A stretch of DNA of 64,000 bases from Halocafeteria seosinensis (lineage: Eukaryota), in contig LVLI01000295.1 in assembly GCA_001687465.1 (NCBI GenBank), positions 62,001 to 126,000 on the forward strand. Direction: 5' to 3'. The notes under the pieces are model-generated. The model was not told the DNA's origin and did not search any database. It saw nothing but the letters and a program-made list of their open reading frames with translations. This document shows, one piece after another, positions 9,890 to 21,200 of the stretch. The first letter of the stretch is position 1. Each line of letters opens with the position of its first letter. The position numbers and the translations under genes were made by a program.

Positions 9890-11649
9890 TTAATGTCTGT
9901 GCTCGACGAGGCTGCCCTGCTTGGGCTCAATTGCTTGCATCCATTCAGGATCACGAGTAGCAATGTGTTCGGGTCGCTGCGTCGGAGCCGCATATGGGTG
10001 GGGTGTTAGCAGGTTTTCTGTCGAGTTGAACACAGCGAATAAGTTCGAGCGAGCCCAAGGAGAAATATTGTTATGCGATCCATGCACTAAATTTGAATCG
10101 AACATTAGAACATCACCCCGCTTTCCCTCACAGTAGTCTAAACCATGTATATCAATTAATTCACTCAAGGACTGCAAATCAGGCGTCCCATATTTCTGTT
10201 TCTCTTTTAGAGATTTCTCCCAATTCCTCTCGGGTGTCGCTCCGGCGCATTGGATAAATGTCTTATGACTACCAGGAGAAACCATCAACGCTCCATTTTG
10301 GCCAAAATTGTCATTCATCATTACGACCATAGATAGAGCACGAGGAGCGGGCATACCATCTTCCGCATGCCACGTTTCGAAATCACTGTGCCACCAAAAT
10401 CCAGTCCCAACAAACGGAAGTTGGAAGTTGATACGACTCTGATGAATATATACGTTGCTGTTTAGTATCTGCATCGCACTCTCAGCAAGTCTCTTATCTT
10501 CCAAAATTTGTCGACAAATATCGCTGTTCTTATGGACTTCGAAGATAGTACGAATTTGGCCAGTACTGGGTTCACTGGCAAACTTAGCATCTCCAGTTAC
10601 CTTTGCATCACTCTGCATTCATTCAGTCTCAGCTGCCTTGAGGAACTTACTCTGACAATGAAGCGGCGGTATGAGGTACTTACCGAACCCTGAGATATCT
10701 CTTCGGATTCACGGCGAAGACGGTCCATTTCCTCACCCAAAATTCGGAGCTCCTTCTCGGAAAATACATCTTTCATCACAATGTATCCGTTTTCTTCGTA
10801 ATCTTTTACATCCTCGCGAGGAAGAGGGCCGGACGAGTAGGCCTCCTCCGTCCATACAACAGGGTGCTGTCGCTCAAACCAAGAAGCATATTCACCTCGA
10901 GTAGGGTAAGAGTCTTTTGGAAATTCTGCAATTGATGCAGTCCAAACATTTGTTTTAGTTCTGAACAAAGAATCGAAACGGAGGGAATAGAACATTCGAC
11001 GGAGCGGAGCAAGGTGACTCACACGTCACCTACACGGGAAGTACGTGTGAAGTCAACAGCGCGTTCTTCGTCTATATGTACGTCTCTTCGTCGATGATAT
11101 ACAACATATGTGTACAAATTCACCAAAAGAGCTGAACAGAGCTGGTTGAACTATCGAGCGTAGTCTTGTTGCCCATGGTCTGCAAAGGTTTACCCTTGTG
11201 ACCGTATCACTCCTCATCTTCGAAGGCCGCATCAACCACCCCAAGAGATGTTCGTCGCAATATAATCCACCCCTTCGGCATAGCGCCGCAAACTCACCAT
11301 GGTATCGTACAATTATTCATATACTAGCCGCGTATAGCCAATCCTCGAACCAACGTTGAGTCGTATGCCCTTTATACGCTCTCAGAACATCACAGCTCAC
11401 AACGGTGAAAAGTCACTTACCAAACTCAACTCTCATCGATGATTGAGTATCTTCTTGTGTCCTAACTCTTGTATGCGGACTTTCCACATGTCTATCTGTT
11501 GATATAGTTCTGGCTTGTTTGCTGATCACATCCAATCCAAGTTGCGTGCTTGGGAGAGTTCGTTCTACGGTTGGCTGCAATAGTCTAGAAGCTTGTCTCA
11601 AGTGGGAGCCAACGGAATATAAAACTCGATTAGATACGGAAGACAACAT
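9890..11649 (-). CDS. ectD: Ectoine hydroxylase (Fe(II)/2-oxoglutarate dioxygenase) with an N-terminal mitochondrial presequence exon
   Basis: Contains the EctD signature FWWHSDFETWHAEDGMP, plus DSYPTR, YIHQSRIN and FDSNLVHGS. Exon 11649-11421 joins in frame either directly to 10925, or through microexon 11029-11023 to 10960. Intron 10683-10613 then leads to the last exon, 10612-9890. Confidence 0.92.
11015..11055. repeat. Copy A of the 17-nt motif TGACTCACACGTCACCT, within an inverted repeat
   Basis: The 17-mer is at 11015-11031 and its partner arm ACGTGTGAAGTCA at 11043-11055. On the minus strand the motif reads tag|GTGACGT|gtgagt. Confidence 0.75.
11371..11376 (-). promoter_or_regulatory. 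Candidate internal TATA box inside the first ectD intron
   Basis: TATAAAGGG on the minus strand about 70 nt upstream of ACCATG|gtgagt (ATG 11300-11298). Confidence 0.35.
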
Positions 11650-12121
11650 TTTGGAAGCTTTTCGTGTTTGGATAAAGAACGCAACTTAATATCGATGCTT
11701 TTCTTCAGATTTCCTTGCTTGTGTCGACTATCCTGACAAACCAGCTCACTTCTTCTTGTCTGGTCCTGATGGCTACCTGTAGTTGGCCAGGCTCGTTGAA
11801 GCATGCGGCGGTATGACATCATCCTAAAATCACCTCAAGCGGTAGCCTACGGTAAGTTACACAATACCTCACTTCTAGTTATTACGCTCAGCACAGCAAG
11901 TGTGCTCTGTGAGATGGATAGCGCCATGTTCCACCGATATTTATTTCGGTCAAGGGTTCGTCGAAATTACACCCTCAACTGCGGGTTGTAACGGTAATGG
12001 AGAATTATTCTATGCATTCCATTTCCGGGTAGTCCTCTACGAACACTGTGCTCTATACGATATAAAGTTACCATTTTGAGATATGGAACATCTTGTAGCA
12101 TTTTATGCTGCAAAGTTCCGA

Positions 12122-12151
12122 GGTACGTGTGAGATGACTCACACGTCACCT
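12122..12151. repeat. Copy B of the 17-nt motif, within a tight hairpin upstream of ectD
   Basis: Exact 17-mer at 12135-12151. ACGTGTGAG-atga-CTCACACGT forms a 9-bp stem with a 4-nt loop. Confidence 0.75.
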
Positions 12152-12311
12152 GGTAGTGCCGCGCTCTTCAATCTTATCCTGACCACATCATCCGAAATGC
12201 GTTTCACACATGTCTATATCGTAATCATATCGTATCTATGTTCGTTCCACTGATTGTGGTCGACAAAACACTTTCCGCGGGAGACGGCGAAATAGAAGCG
12301 GAACGTAGTTG

Positions 12312-14512
12312 CTACATGAAAAACTTGAGGTCCTCGAGCTCCTGAGCGAGCTCCGGGTCCATTTTCTCTTGTTGCTTTTTCTTCCGGATTGGAGCAGAAC
12401 GAGCCATCACCGGCTTTCCCGAGCGTTTCTTCACAGGGGCCTGTGCCCTCTGTAAAGATTTCTGGAGGCGCTGCTCTAAGGCTTCCTGTTGTTGCTTTTG
12501 TCGTTCCGCTCGTACACGCTCCCGCCGCTCGCTTTCCAGTTCTCTTTCTTTCGCTATGACGTATTCCTGCGGCATTTTGTCCATTTCAGCGAGCTGGTCT
12601 TCCAATTTTCCTTCCAGTTTCGTCAACATGGAGATGCGATCAGGGTTCGATGATAAATCTCCGCCGCACTTTTCGTATACCTCTTTAATCCTTTCGCCCA
12701 ACTTGTCGAGGAGTTTGGCTTGGGTATCCTCTCCGTGCCTGCGTCGGATAAAACATAGCAGTGGACCCAATCACCCAACGTTTTGCCTTGCCACTTACGA
12801 ATGATGGACGCGGCTCTTCAACTTGTCCACTTTCTCCTCTTCGTTTTGGATCTTGTCTTTTAGGTTCTTCATATTCTCGTTAAGACTCTGCAATGTACTC
12901 AGATTGTTGTAGAGCTTGTTTCAATTTCTTCTCTCCATGACACCTTACCGTTGTCTGTCTCTCCATGGAGTTCTTAGTGTCTTCGTATTGCTGTTTGAGC
13001 TCGTCCAGTTGTTGCTCGATTTCTTGGTTGTTTTGAATGAGAAACAAGTTCTCTTCCTCCATCCCTGGAGTAAACGTGTCGTATCCATCAATACGATATA
13101 CTTCAAACAGACTGTGATACTCAGTTCATACCTGAAAAAATTTCAAGTAACTGCTCTGGATTAGTAAAGTACATCTCATAATCATCTTCGGTGATCTCAG
13201 GGAGAGGATAGTCCTCGAGCTTAGGTTTCGGTTTCAACTGTTGCTCTAGTTTTTTGTCAATATTTGAAGGAGTATGCTTCCGCCCAGCAGCGATTGCTTG
13301 CTTTCGTTGCGCTTCTTCTTCTTCCTTAAATTCTTGGTATTTGCTATCCCGGTATTCTTCCCATCGTTTGAGGTCGGCTTCATATCGTTCTTGCCGCTCC
13401 TGTTCGTATTTTTCCCTGAGCTGTTCGTACTGCTTATCCTTCCATTCCTGCGGTGTAAGCTCGTCCAAAAATTTCTTGTATGATTCCCATTCACGCAAAA
13501 GATCCTCATTTCTGCGGCCAACAAGCGGTAGTTGCGTGAGACAGTTTGAACAGCAATTTGGCGGGACTCTTACTTGGCATTGTCTCCTTTCAGAGCTTGT
13601 ATTTGGTACTTCAAGCGTTTAATTTCCTGAACTTTCTGTTGCTTGAGGCGGGATTCTTCCTCTGCACGTTTCATCGCTGCATGCGCCATTCGATCATTTT
13701 CTTTTAAGAACGCGTCAAAGCGGATAGCATCTTCTTCCAACATCAACTCCGATTTCTTCAAAGCTTCTTCCTTCATCTGAGCCTTGTGCTCTAGCTGCAA
13801 AATGTGTCAACACAATGGTTTGGGGAGGGAAAGGAAAACAACCAAAGCGAACACATCAACCAACCTTCTGAATTTCCTCGCGTTTCGTATCCAAGGACAT
13901 TTGCAATAAGAACATTTCCCTTTTCTTCTCCACAAACTTGGTCATACTTTCTTTCTGATGTTTTTTGGACGATGAAATGGCGGCCGTTGCAGCCGAAACT
14001 AAGTTTTGCGTGCGCTTGATGCGTTCTTGAGTGGCTGCGTCAAGTTCTGGCTCTGCTTCCTTCTGCAGTTGGCGCAACATGCCTTCCTTTTGTGGAGCAC
14101 CTTTCTCCCATATCTTCAACCGTTGTTGCTTTTTGCGTTCCTCCTGCTTTTGCTCTCTTTCTTGTTCACGCATTTTGAAAACTTCCTCGTCTGAGGGCAA
14201 GGTAAACGGATTGCTCTCGTCGTACCTGGTACTCTGCTGCTTTGCGTCTTGGGTGGCGGTACCAAAGTGAGCTGATCTCCCGGCTGTTTGCTGAGTACCA
14301 CTCATATACTGATTGTTCTCATAATCACCCTCCGTATTCCTTTTGCCTTCTGCCGTCGATGAGGTAGAACGACTTTGGGGACGATAACCTTGCTGTTGGG
14401 ATCCAGTGGATCCTCGCGAGGCAGCTCGCTGTTGATCATCTCCCCCTCCTACCACCTGACGTCCCGCAGAGGATAGGCCACGACCTCCTGTATTACCTTG
14501 CTCGCTGCTCAT
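12312..14512 (-). CDS. CFAP100: Cilia- and flagella-associated protein 100 (CCDC37/38 family, DUF4200)
   Basis: Multi-exon coiled-coil gene with NPFTLPSDEEVF, FVEKKREMFLLQMSLDTKREEI, LEEDAIRFDAFLKEND, MYFTNPEQLLEIF, MEEENLFLIQN and a C-terminal GKPVMARS. Confidence 0.85.
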
Positions 14513-15292
14513 ATTTCAAGTAACGAGGGCGTAAACCGTAAAATCACGGATCTCCTTGCGACAACGGCTAACCTTCCCTTCTTCAAGATCAAGCTATTGC
14601 TCAATCTACTGTATCCACACTCTGCCTACGTTCTCAATCAGTGTGGTGATGCTAAGGGAGAAGAACCTGTACTATCATTTCATATTCTGCACAGTGAACT
14701 GCCTCCCAAGGGGTCGGACAAGTTCAACATCTCGCAACTCGTCGATTTTTTGGCGCCCCGTGGGAACGCCAAAGGCTGGAAGTGTACAATGATCTAGCGG
14801 CTATAAATCAATTCGCATCCTTTAACACTTTTACCGCTGGTTGAATTCACTGCCTTACGTGATTCTAATGGAGAGAGAACTCACACACTCGGGAAGATGA
14901 AAATAGCTCAAGATTCCTGTCCAAGCGAAGCAAAGTGAAGCAGGTGAGGTCACCCACTGATGTCTGTTTTTGGTGGTCAAAGAACCAGCGAGTATATCCT
15001 GTGTTTTCCCTCACACTGAAAATGGAGACAAGTTCGTAATGACCCACTAACTATAGCTATATCCAGAGAATCAGGGAACATTTGGCCCGTTGTTGTCCGT
15101 CGTGTACCATTATCCACATCCTGGGGAGTCAGGCGGCATTCCCTGTAGCGAGGAAGTTCCGCAGTAGTATCCCGGATTGATATTGTCGTGCCGGCGTAAT
15201 ACAACACTTATAATACAATTACCCACAGCGCCACTGTATGAGTTGGCTGTGTGCCGAGTTAGTTGTATATAATTGAGGCTTTCGTACCAACC

Positions 15293-16623
15293 ATGACCGA
15301 CACGTCAGCGAATCAGGTTCCCACTATTTACGAGCCTCAGAAGGAAGGTCCCCGGCGCAATGTAGCGCTAATCACCGTACGTATCACGCGCTATACCAGT
15401 TGGCAGGCAGATTTGCTTGCTCACTACGTGAGCGAATGCCTGTAAATGCAGGGAATCACAGGACAAGACGGGTCGTACTTGGCAGAGTTTCTGCTTGAAA
15501 AGGTACGTCAGATGCTATCCTTATCCTGATTACCTCTGACACATGCGCTCTTAGAGGGCATGAGGCACGCTTTGGATCGCTCTTCCTCCTTACTAGATTG
15601 CTAGGTACTGTCATCTCTATTTGGTCCCGACGTATGCAGGGTTATGAAGTTCACGGAATTATCCGGAGATCTAGCAGCTTCAACACGGGGAGGATAGAGC
15701 ATATATACCGTGATCGACATACAACAGGGGTGAAAATCTTCCTACATTACGGAGATCTTACAGACACGAGTAATTTGCTGCAGATAATATCAGATATCAA
15801 GCCTTCGGAGGTGTACAACTTGGCAGCCCAAAGTCATGTGATGGTCTCGTTCGAAATGAGCGAGTACACAGCCAACGTTGATGCTCTTGGGACTCTTAGA
15901 CTTCTTAATGCACTGTTAGCCTGCGGTCTCGGAGATAAGTGTCGATTTTATCAAGCATCTACGAGTGAACTGTATGGCAAAGTCCAAGAGATTCCTCAAA
16001 CCGAAAAGACACCGTTCTATCCGCGCTCTCCTTACGCCGTAGCCAAACAGTTCGGCTTCTGGAACATAATCAACTACAGAGAAGCATACAACATGTTTGC
16101 ATGTAATGGTATTCTGTTCAATCACGAATCCCCTAGAAGGGGTCCGACGTTTGTGACTAGGAAAATTACTCGTGCCGTGGCGCGAATTCACCTCGGCAAG
16201 CAGCAAACAGTGTATCTCGGAAACCTGAACGCGAAACGAGACTGGGGTCACGCAAAGGACTACATAGAGGGTATGTGGTTAATGCTGCAGCAAGATCAAC
16301 CAGAGGACTATGTCTTGGCCACCGGAGAAACACACTCGGTACGAGAGTTCGTAGAATTGTCTTTCAAACATATTGACATTTCCATTGTGTGGCAAGGAGA
16401 AGGGGTCAATGAAATTGGAGTTAATGCTAATAACCCTAATCAAGTTCTTGTACGGATAGATCCTAAATACTTCCGCCCGACAGAGGTAGACTTGCTTCTA
16501 GGTGACCCAACGAAAGCAAAGAAACAACTTAGATGGGAATGCAAAGTGTCCTTCGAGGAGCTCGTACAGGAAATGATCGACAGCGATATTGCCAAAGAGA
16601 AAGCTGGCGACTACCATGGCTAA
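15293..16623 (+). CDS. GMD: GDP-mannose 4,6-dehydratase
   Basis: Three exons give [38 protein letters not shown], followed by [26 protein letters not shown] and [12 protein letters not shown]. Confidence 0.97.
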
Positions 16624-16958
16624 CGGAATTAAAATTTCCCTGAGGCTACCCTCCGTGCGTCTGTAGTCTCAATTTCAACGTCATAGCGTTCCAGTAGAAG
16701 GTCATAGTACCTCTGTCCCATACTGTTACCGTCAGAGTTAGTTTCTATGGTTGCCATTTTTGTGTCGCACAAACATAAAAATCAGCGTTTATGAAATCAC
16801 ACTGTAAGGGTGGTAGATAGGATGGTTGTGTAATATCAGATATACCCATATGCATCGCCAGGGATTACCTCCGCTTCACACAGATGCTGTAGTTCGGCCA
16901 GAGAGACTTGCGTTGTTACTTAGATACACGATAGGATATTTACAAAATTCCACCAAAT

Positions 16959-17813
16959 ATGGAGCGCAAAGGGGCGCCATCATCTGCATCGGGTACACAT
17001 ACGTTTTGCGGTCAAGCGCTTGTCGCTTGGAAGCCCAAGTAAGGATACTCTCCTCCATCAAGGCAGGTTCTCTCTGTCTCTATAAGCTGGCTATTGCTGA
17101 TGCAGAACATTATCAGAGTCATTCGAGCGCATCCAATCGACCCACTCTGTTCAGAGTCTGACGGAAACTGCGCTTCATTTCTTGGAGAACCCTTGCTCTT
17201 TTTGCCAGCAGGAGTCGTCTGAGACGGAGGTCAGCGACGACTATGCAATCTGTTTAGCTGCTGTTTCTCAACTCCTACAGGTGGTCGGTGTACGACAGCC
17301 TTCGAAGCAGACGCTTCATGAAGAATTAGAACGACTTGCTTCGGAATCGCTGATGCCACAGCAGTTGGCGGAAGGATTTGGCAAAATAGCACATAAATTA
17401 AACTTGGATGCCATCCGCTCCAGTCGGTTAGCCCCGATTCCAGGATCGTTTAGCAGGGTAAAAGACGTGAGATGGAGGTTAGATGTAGTTATATCGACGG
17501 ATGCTGCTAAGAAAGTGCTCAGACCGAGTATATTACTGGAGGTATGTTGGCACAAAGTGGCTGTTGGGATAGGCCGGCAGTGATTCATAGATCATGATGC
17601 TATTACAGTTCACTATAGGCGACGGAAAGTTGGTGCGCACGAATTTGAGTATGCAGCAATTCCATCATCTACGTTACACAACGGCAAAAGTATGTATTGG
17701 TAGAATTATCTATCGAGTAATAGAGCAATCCTTCAATTCCTGTGGTGCAGACATTGAAAGAGATGGAAATCGTTCGGGAACATCCTCTAATGAAGCTACT
17801 GATCGAAAAATAG
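16959..17813 (+). CDS. COMMD5: COMM domain-containing protein, COMMD5-like
   Basis: Spliced COMM domain VKDVRWRLDVVISTDAAKKVLRPSILLE|FTIGDG...FHHLRYTTAK|TLKEME, stop TAG at 17811-17813. The 5' exons are less certain. Confidence 0.75.
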
Positions 17814-18206
17814 AATACATACCTACATCTCAATCAAACTCATCCCCATGTGCCTATGATAACTTGCTCCTCTAGTGTTTTCGACATACATCTAAGCATG
17901 GTTCAGTTCCCCTGCGAAGTTCCGCAGTCTCCGTGAGTCAAGGATGAGCGGCTCACAAGATTGAGCGAGTCCTAAGGACAAGGCTGTACAAAGACAAGCG
18001 TGGTATGTTCGCCTTGATCAGACCCCTTCATGATATAAGTCTTACAAATGGATCGTTTTCAAGTATGTTGAAGGTGATGTGTATACATGTACCCAGTGGG
18101 TTCAACTTGGTTTGGTTGCGTTAACGATTCATCCGTGAATGTCAGCTCTTTCCCCATAGAACACAGCAATGAGGTAATAGTTGAAAGCGCATAGCCCCGA
18201 GCAGCA

Positions 18207-21200
18207 ATGGGGTATTCTGGAGCAACGGCAAACTGTCTCGTGAAATCGCTGACAGTAGTGTGCGTTGTGGTGGGATGGATCCGTGAAAGTGAAGCAGGGA
18301 GGCCAGTAGCACCAGCTATTGGACCTACGGCTACTCCTCCCAGGCTCCCTAGCGTATGTCTCGACGGCACGTATCGCGAGCTAAGCGAGTTTGGAACTGA
18401 GTGGGTGGATGGTTGTCCAGGCTTTAAGCTCTGCGAGCCTGGTTTCTTCTGTCAAAATTCTGTAAAGAAACCATGTCCCCCAGGAACTTTTGCTGCTTCT
18501 GTTGGATCAACTAATTGCACGGTTTGTCCATCCGGAAAGTATTGTCCTCAATTTTCTTCTACAACAGGTGGCGTAACAGGCACAGCGCTCCCAATATCCT
18601 GTGGAAACTCTACTGTATACTGTCCCCCCGGTAGTAGTCGTCCGTCAGTTGTTCTTCCTGGTTTTGAGACCATCGGCAACAACAACCAATTCACAAGATC
18701 AGAAATTCAAGAATGCCCCGCTGGAACTTATTGCCAGGGAGGTATTCGCCACCCTTGTCCTCGAGGAAGATATGGTATGGACACGGGGCTATCTAATCCG
18801 AATTGCTCTGGCCTGTGTGACTCTGGATATTTCTGTGGATTTGGTAGCGCCGTCTCTCAACAGTTTCGTTGTGGAGGTCCGGACGTATTTTGTCCTCTCG
18901 GAAGCAGCCGTCCGACGTTCGTCCGAGGGAGTCAGAATACTTCATCAGTGAGTGATTCTAATTCAAGGGTTTTCTATTCTGTGGATGAGAACGGCGATGA
19001 TTCACTTCTGACGTTTGCTACTAGATCAGCCGAATTGATTTGCCCTTTGGGTTTTTACTGTCAGAGAGGACTACGTTTTCCTTGTCCAGCAGGAAGATTT
19101 GGATCCACAATCGGAAGCAGCAGCCCAAACTGTTCCGGAATGTGCCAAGAAGGGTTTTATTGTGAAGAAGCGTCAGGAACGAGCCAACAACATGTTTGTG
19201 GAAACGCTTCGGTATTTTGCCCCGAAGGATCGGCGATGCCTCAAAGGGCTCTCGAGGGATACTACACGGTAGGAAATTCTGAACGTACCAGGACGAACCA
19301 ATTAAAATGTGCATCGGGATCATATTGCCGCGATGGGGTAATGTAAGTAAACTAACCGAACACATATCTAGTGAGATTGGCATCTTATATGGGTGTGGCG
19401 TGGGGACTTTTTTCCAATACACAGGCATCCCTGCCCGGCGGGCAGATTTGGGTCATCAAGAGGACTTTCGAATCCAAGCTGTGAAGGACCATGCGCTCCC
19501 GGATATTTTTGCGAAACGCCCGGTTCCACAAGCCCAGTATCGAAGGCATGCGGCGGCGTCGAAGTATTTTGCCCATTGGGGTCAGTCACTCCACGTCGAG
19601 CTCAACTGGGTTATTTTACGGCTCGCGTGCTCCCTTTCCAGTCGTTGCTCCTGAATATTCAGTTCTTTCTAACATCAGCGGAAGCAGATGGCTTTCTAGC
19701 AGGGGTTGGAGGTGCTGAGGGAAGAATTCCGGGAATCAATGAAGTCTATGGTGCTAATCAGGGAACTCTTCCGGGCTTCGTTGATCCTCGACAAGAATCA
19801 ATTCGTGACAGTTTAGGAGAAGCCAAATCGTTTGCCTCTCAGTTTCATTTCCACGAATTATATCAGAGAATACAAGAGCTCTCCATTAGTGGCAAACCCA
19901 ATAGCTCAACTCCTTTTGATATTACAGATTTCGTATACCCAACGGAGGGTATATTTCAAGTGCACCCGTGGTATCTGGCTCTGCTGTCTTCCCGCACGGA
20001 AGCCATTACGAACCTCTTGGCGTCAAACGCCTCTTCTACGGATACGAATGCAGTAAGAAATGTTGAGTTTGAATGCGACATTGGACACTACTGCCGTGGT
20101 GGGGAGCGATATGCATGTCCCGGTGGAACATTTGGGAACAAAACACAATTATCTTCTGCGGAATGTTCCGGAACTTGTCCAGTCGGACACTACTGTCCCC
20201 GCGGCACTGTTTCCCCAACTCAGTTTGCGTGTGGCTCGAATCGGCATTACTGTCCTGCGAAGAGTACCGCCCCGATGGAAGTAGAGGAGGGCTTTTTCTC
20301 TGTTGGAGGCACGGAGCACACGAGGCATGCACAACAACTCTGCCCTCCTGGCCATTACTGTTCTCAAGGGAGACTGCTAGAGTGTCCTGGTGGAACCTTC
20401 GGTAATGAAACAGGCCTTTCTTCATCATCTTGCAGTGGACGCTGCCAAGCCGGATATTACTGCCCTCCCAAGAGCACTAGCCCGCGGCAGCATATTTGTG
20501 AGAATGCCTCAGTCTATTGTCCAGAAGGTGTCACGGCGCCGATTGGCGTGGCAAGCGGCCACTACACTACATTGGGAAGGACTGCAGAAACGGGGGGGAA
20601 CATTCCGCGGAATGCTGTCATGCAGTGTAATCTCCACTATGGGAGACTCGGGCTACCTCCAGAGGTTAATGTCAGCGAGCTTCATGGTCCAGTTTCAGAA
20701 CAGGTAACTGCCTTCAACTCCTCCCGCTTTTGTGTCTCAGGTGACTTGGGGGACTCGCAAGGCCGGAAAGGGCAAGCTCAATGCGAGGCAGGCAGTTTCT
20801 GTTGGCAAGGACTGAGATATGAGTGTCCACCAGGGCGCTATGGCAGCCAGTCGAAAGAGACGAGGCCCACATGTACTGGTCCATGTCACAAGGGGCACTA
20901 CTGTCCCTGGGCGTCGTTTTCACCTTTTCAAATTCCATGTGGAGCTGCCAATAGAATTTGTCCCAGTTCTTCGGGGTCGCCGTTACATGTTCCCCGTGGT
21001 TATTACTCAATAGAAAATGCAAATGAAGAAGCAAGGTTTAAAATGGATATTTGTCCCAGGGGATCGTACTGCGACGGAGATGGAACAAGAAAAAAGTGCG
21101 CTCCTGGACGATTCGGGTCAACGGAAGGAATCCAGTCAGCGTTTTGCACTGGTCTTTGTCAAGCTGGATTCTTCTGTCCAGGCCCTGGAGAAGTTAATTC

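Noticed and set aside
10644..10660. Possible 1-nt microexon (cag|A|gtaagt) inside ectD intron 10683-10613
   Set aside because: It would leave flanking introns of only about 30-40 nt and break the frame; the single 71-nt intron works.
11030..11420. TPP riboswitch in the ectD intron
   Set aside because: I could not find the conserved aptamer arrangement (CUGAGA followed by ACCUGAU...UAAU...GCGNAGG), and the gene is unrelated to thiamine.
14498..15207. Small ORFs between CFAP100 and GMD
   Set aside because: No recognisable motifs or consistent splice model; more likely a divergent promoter and UTR region.
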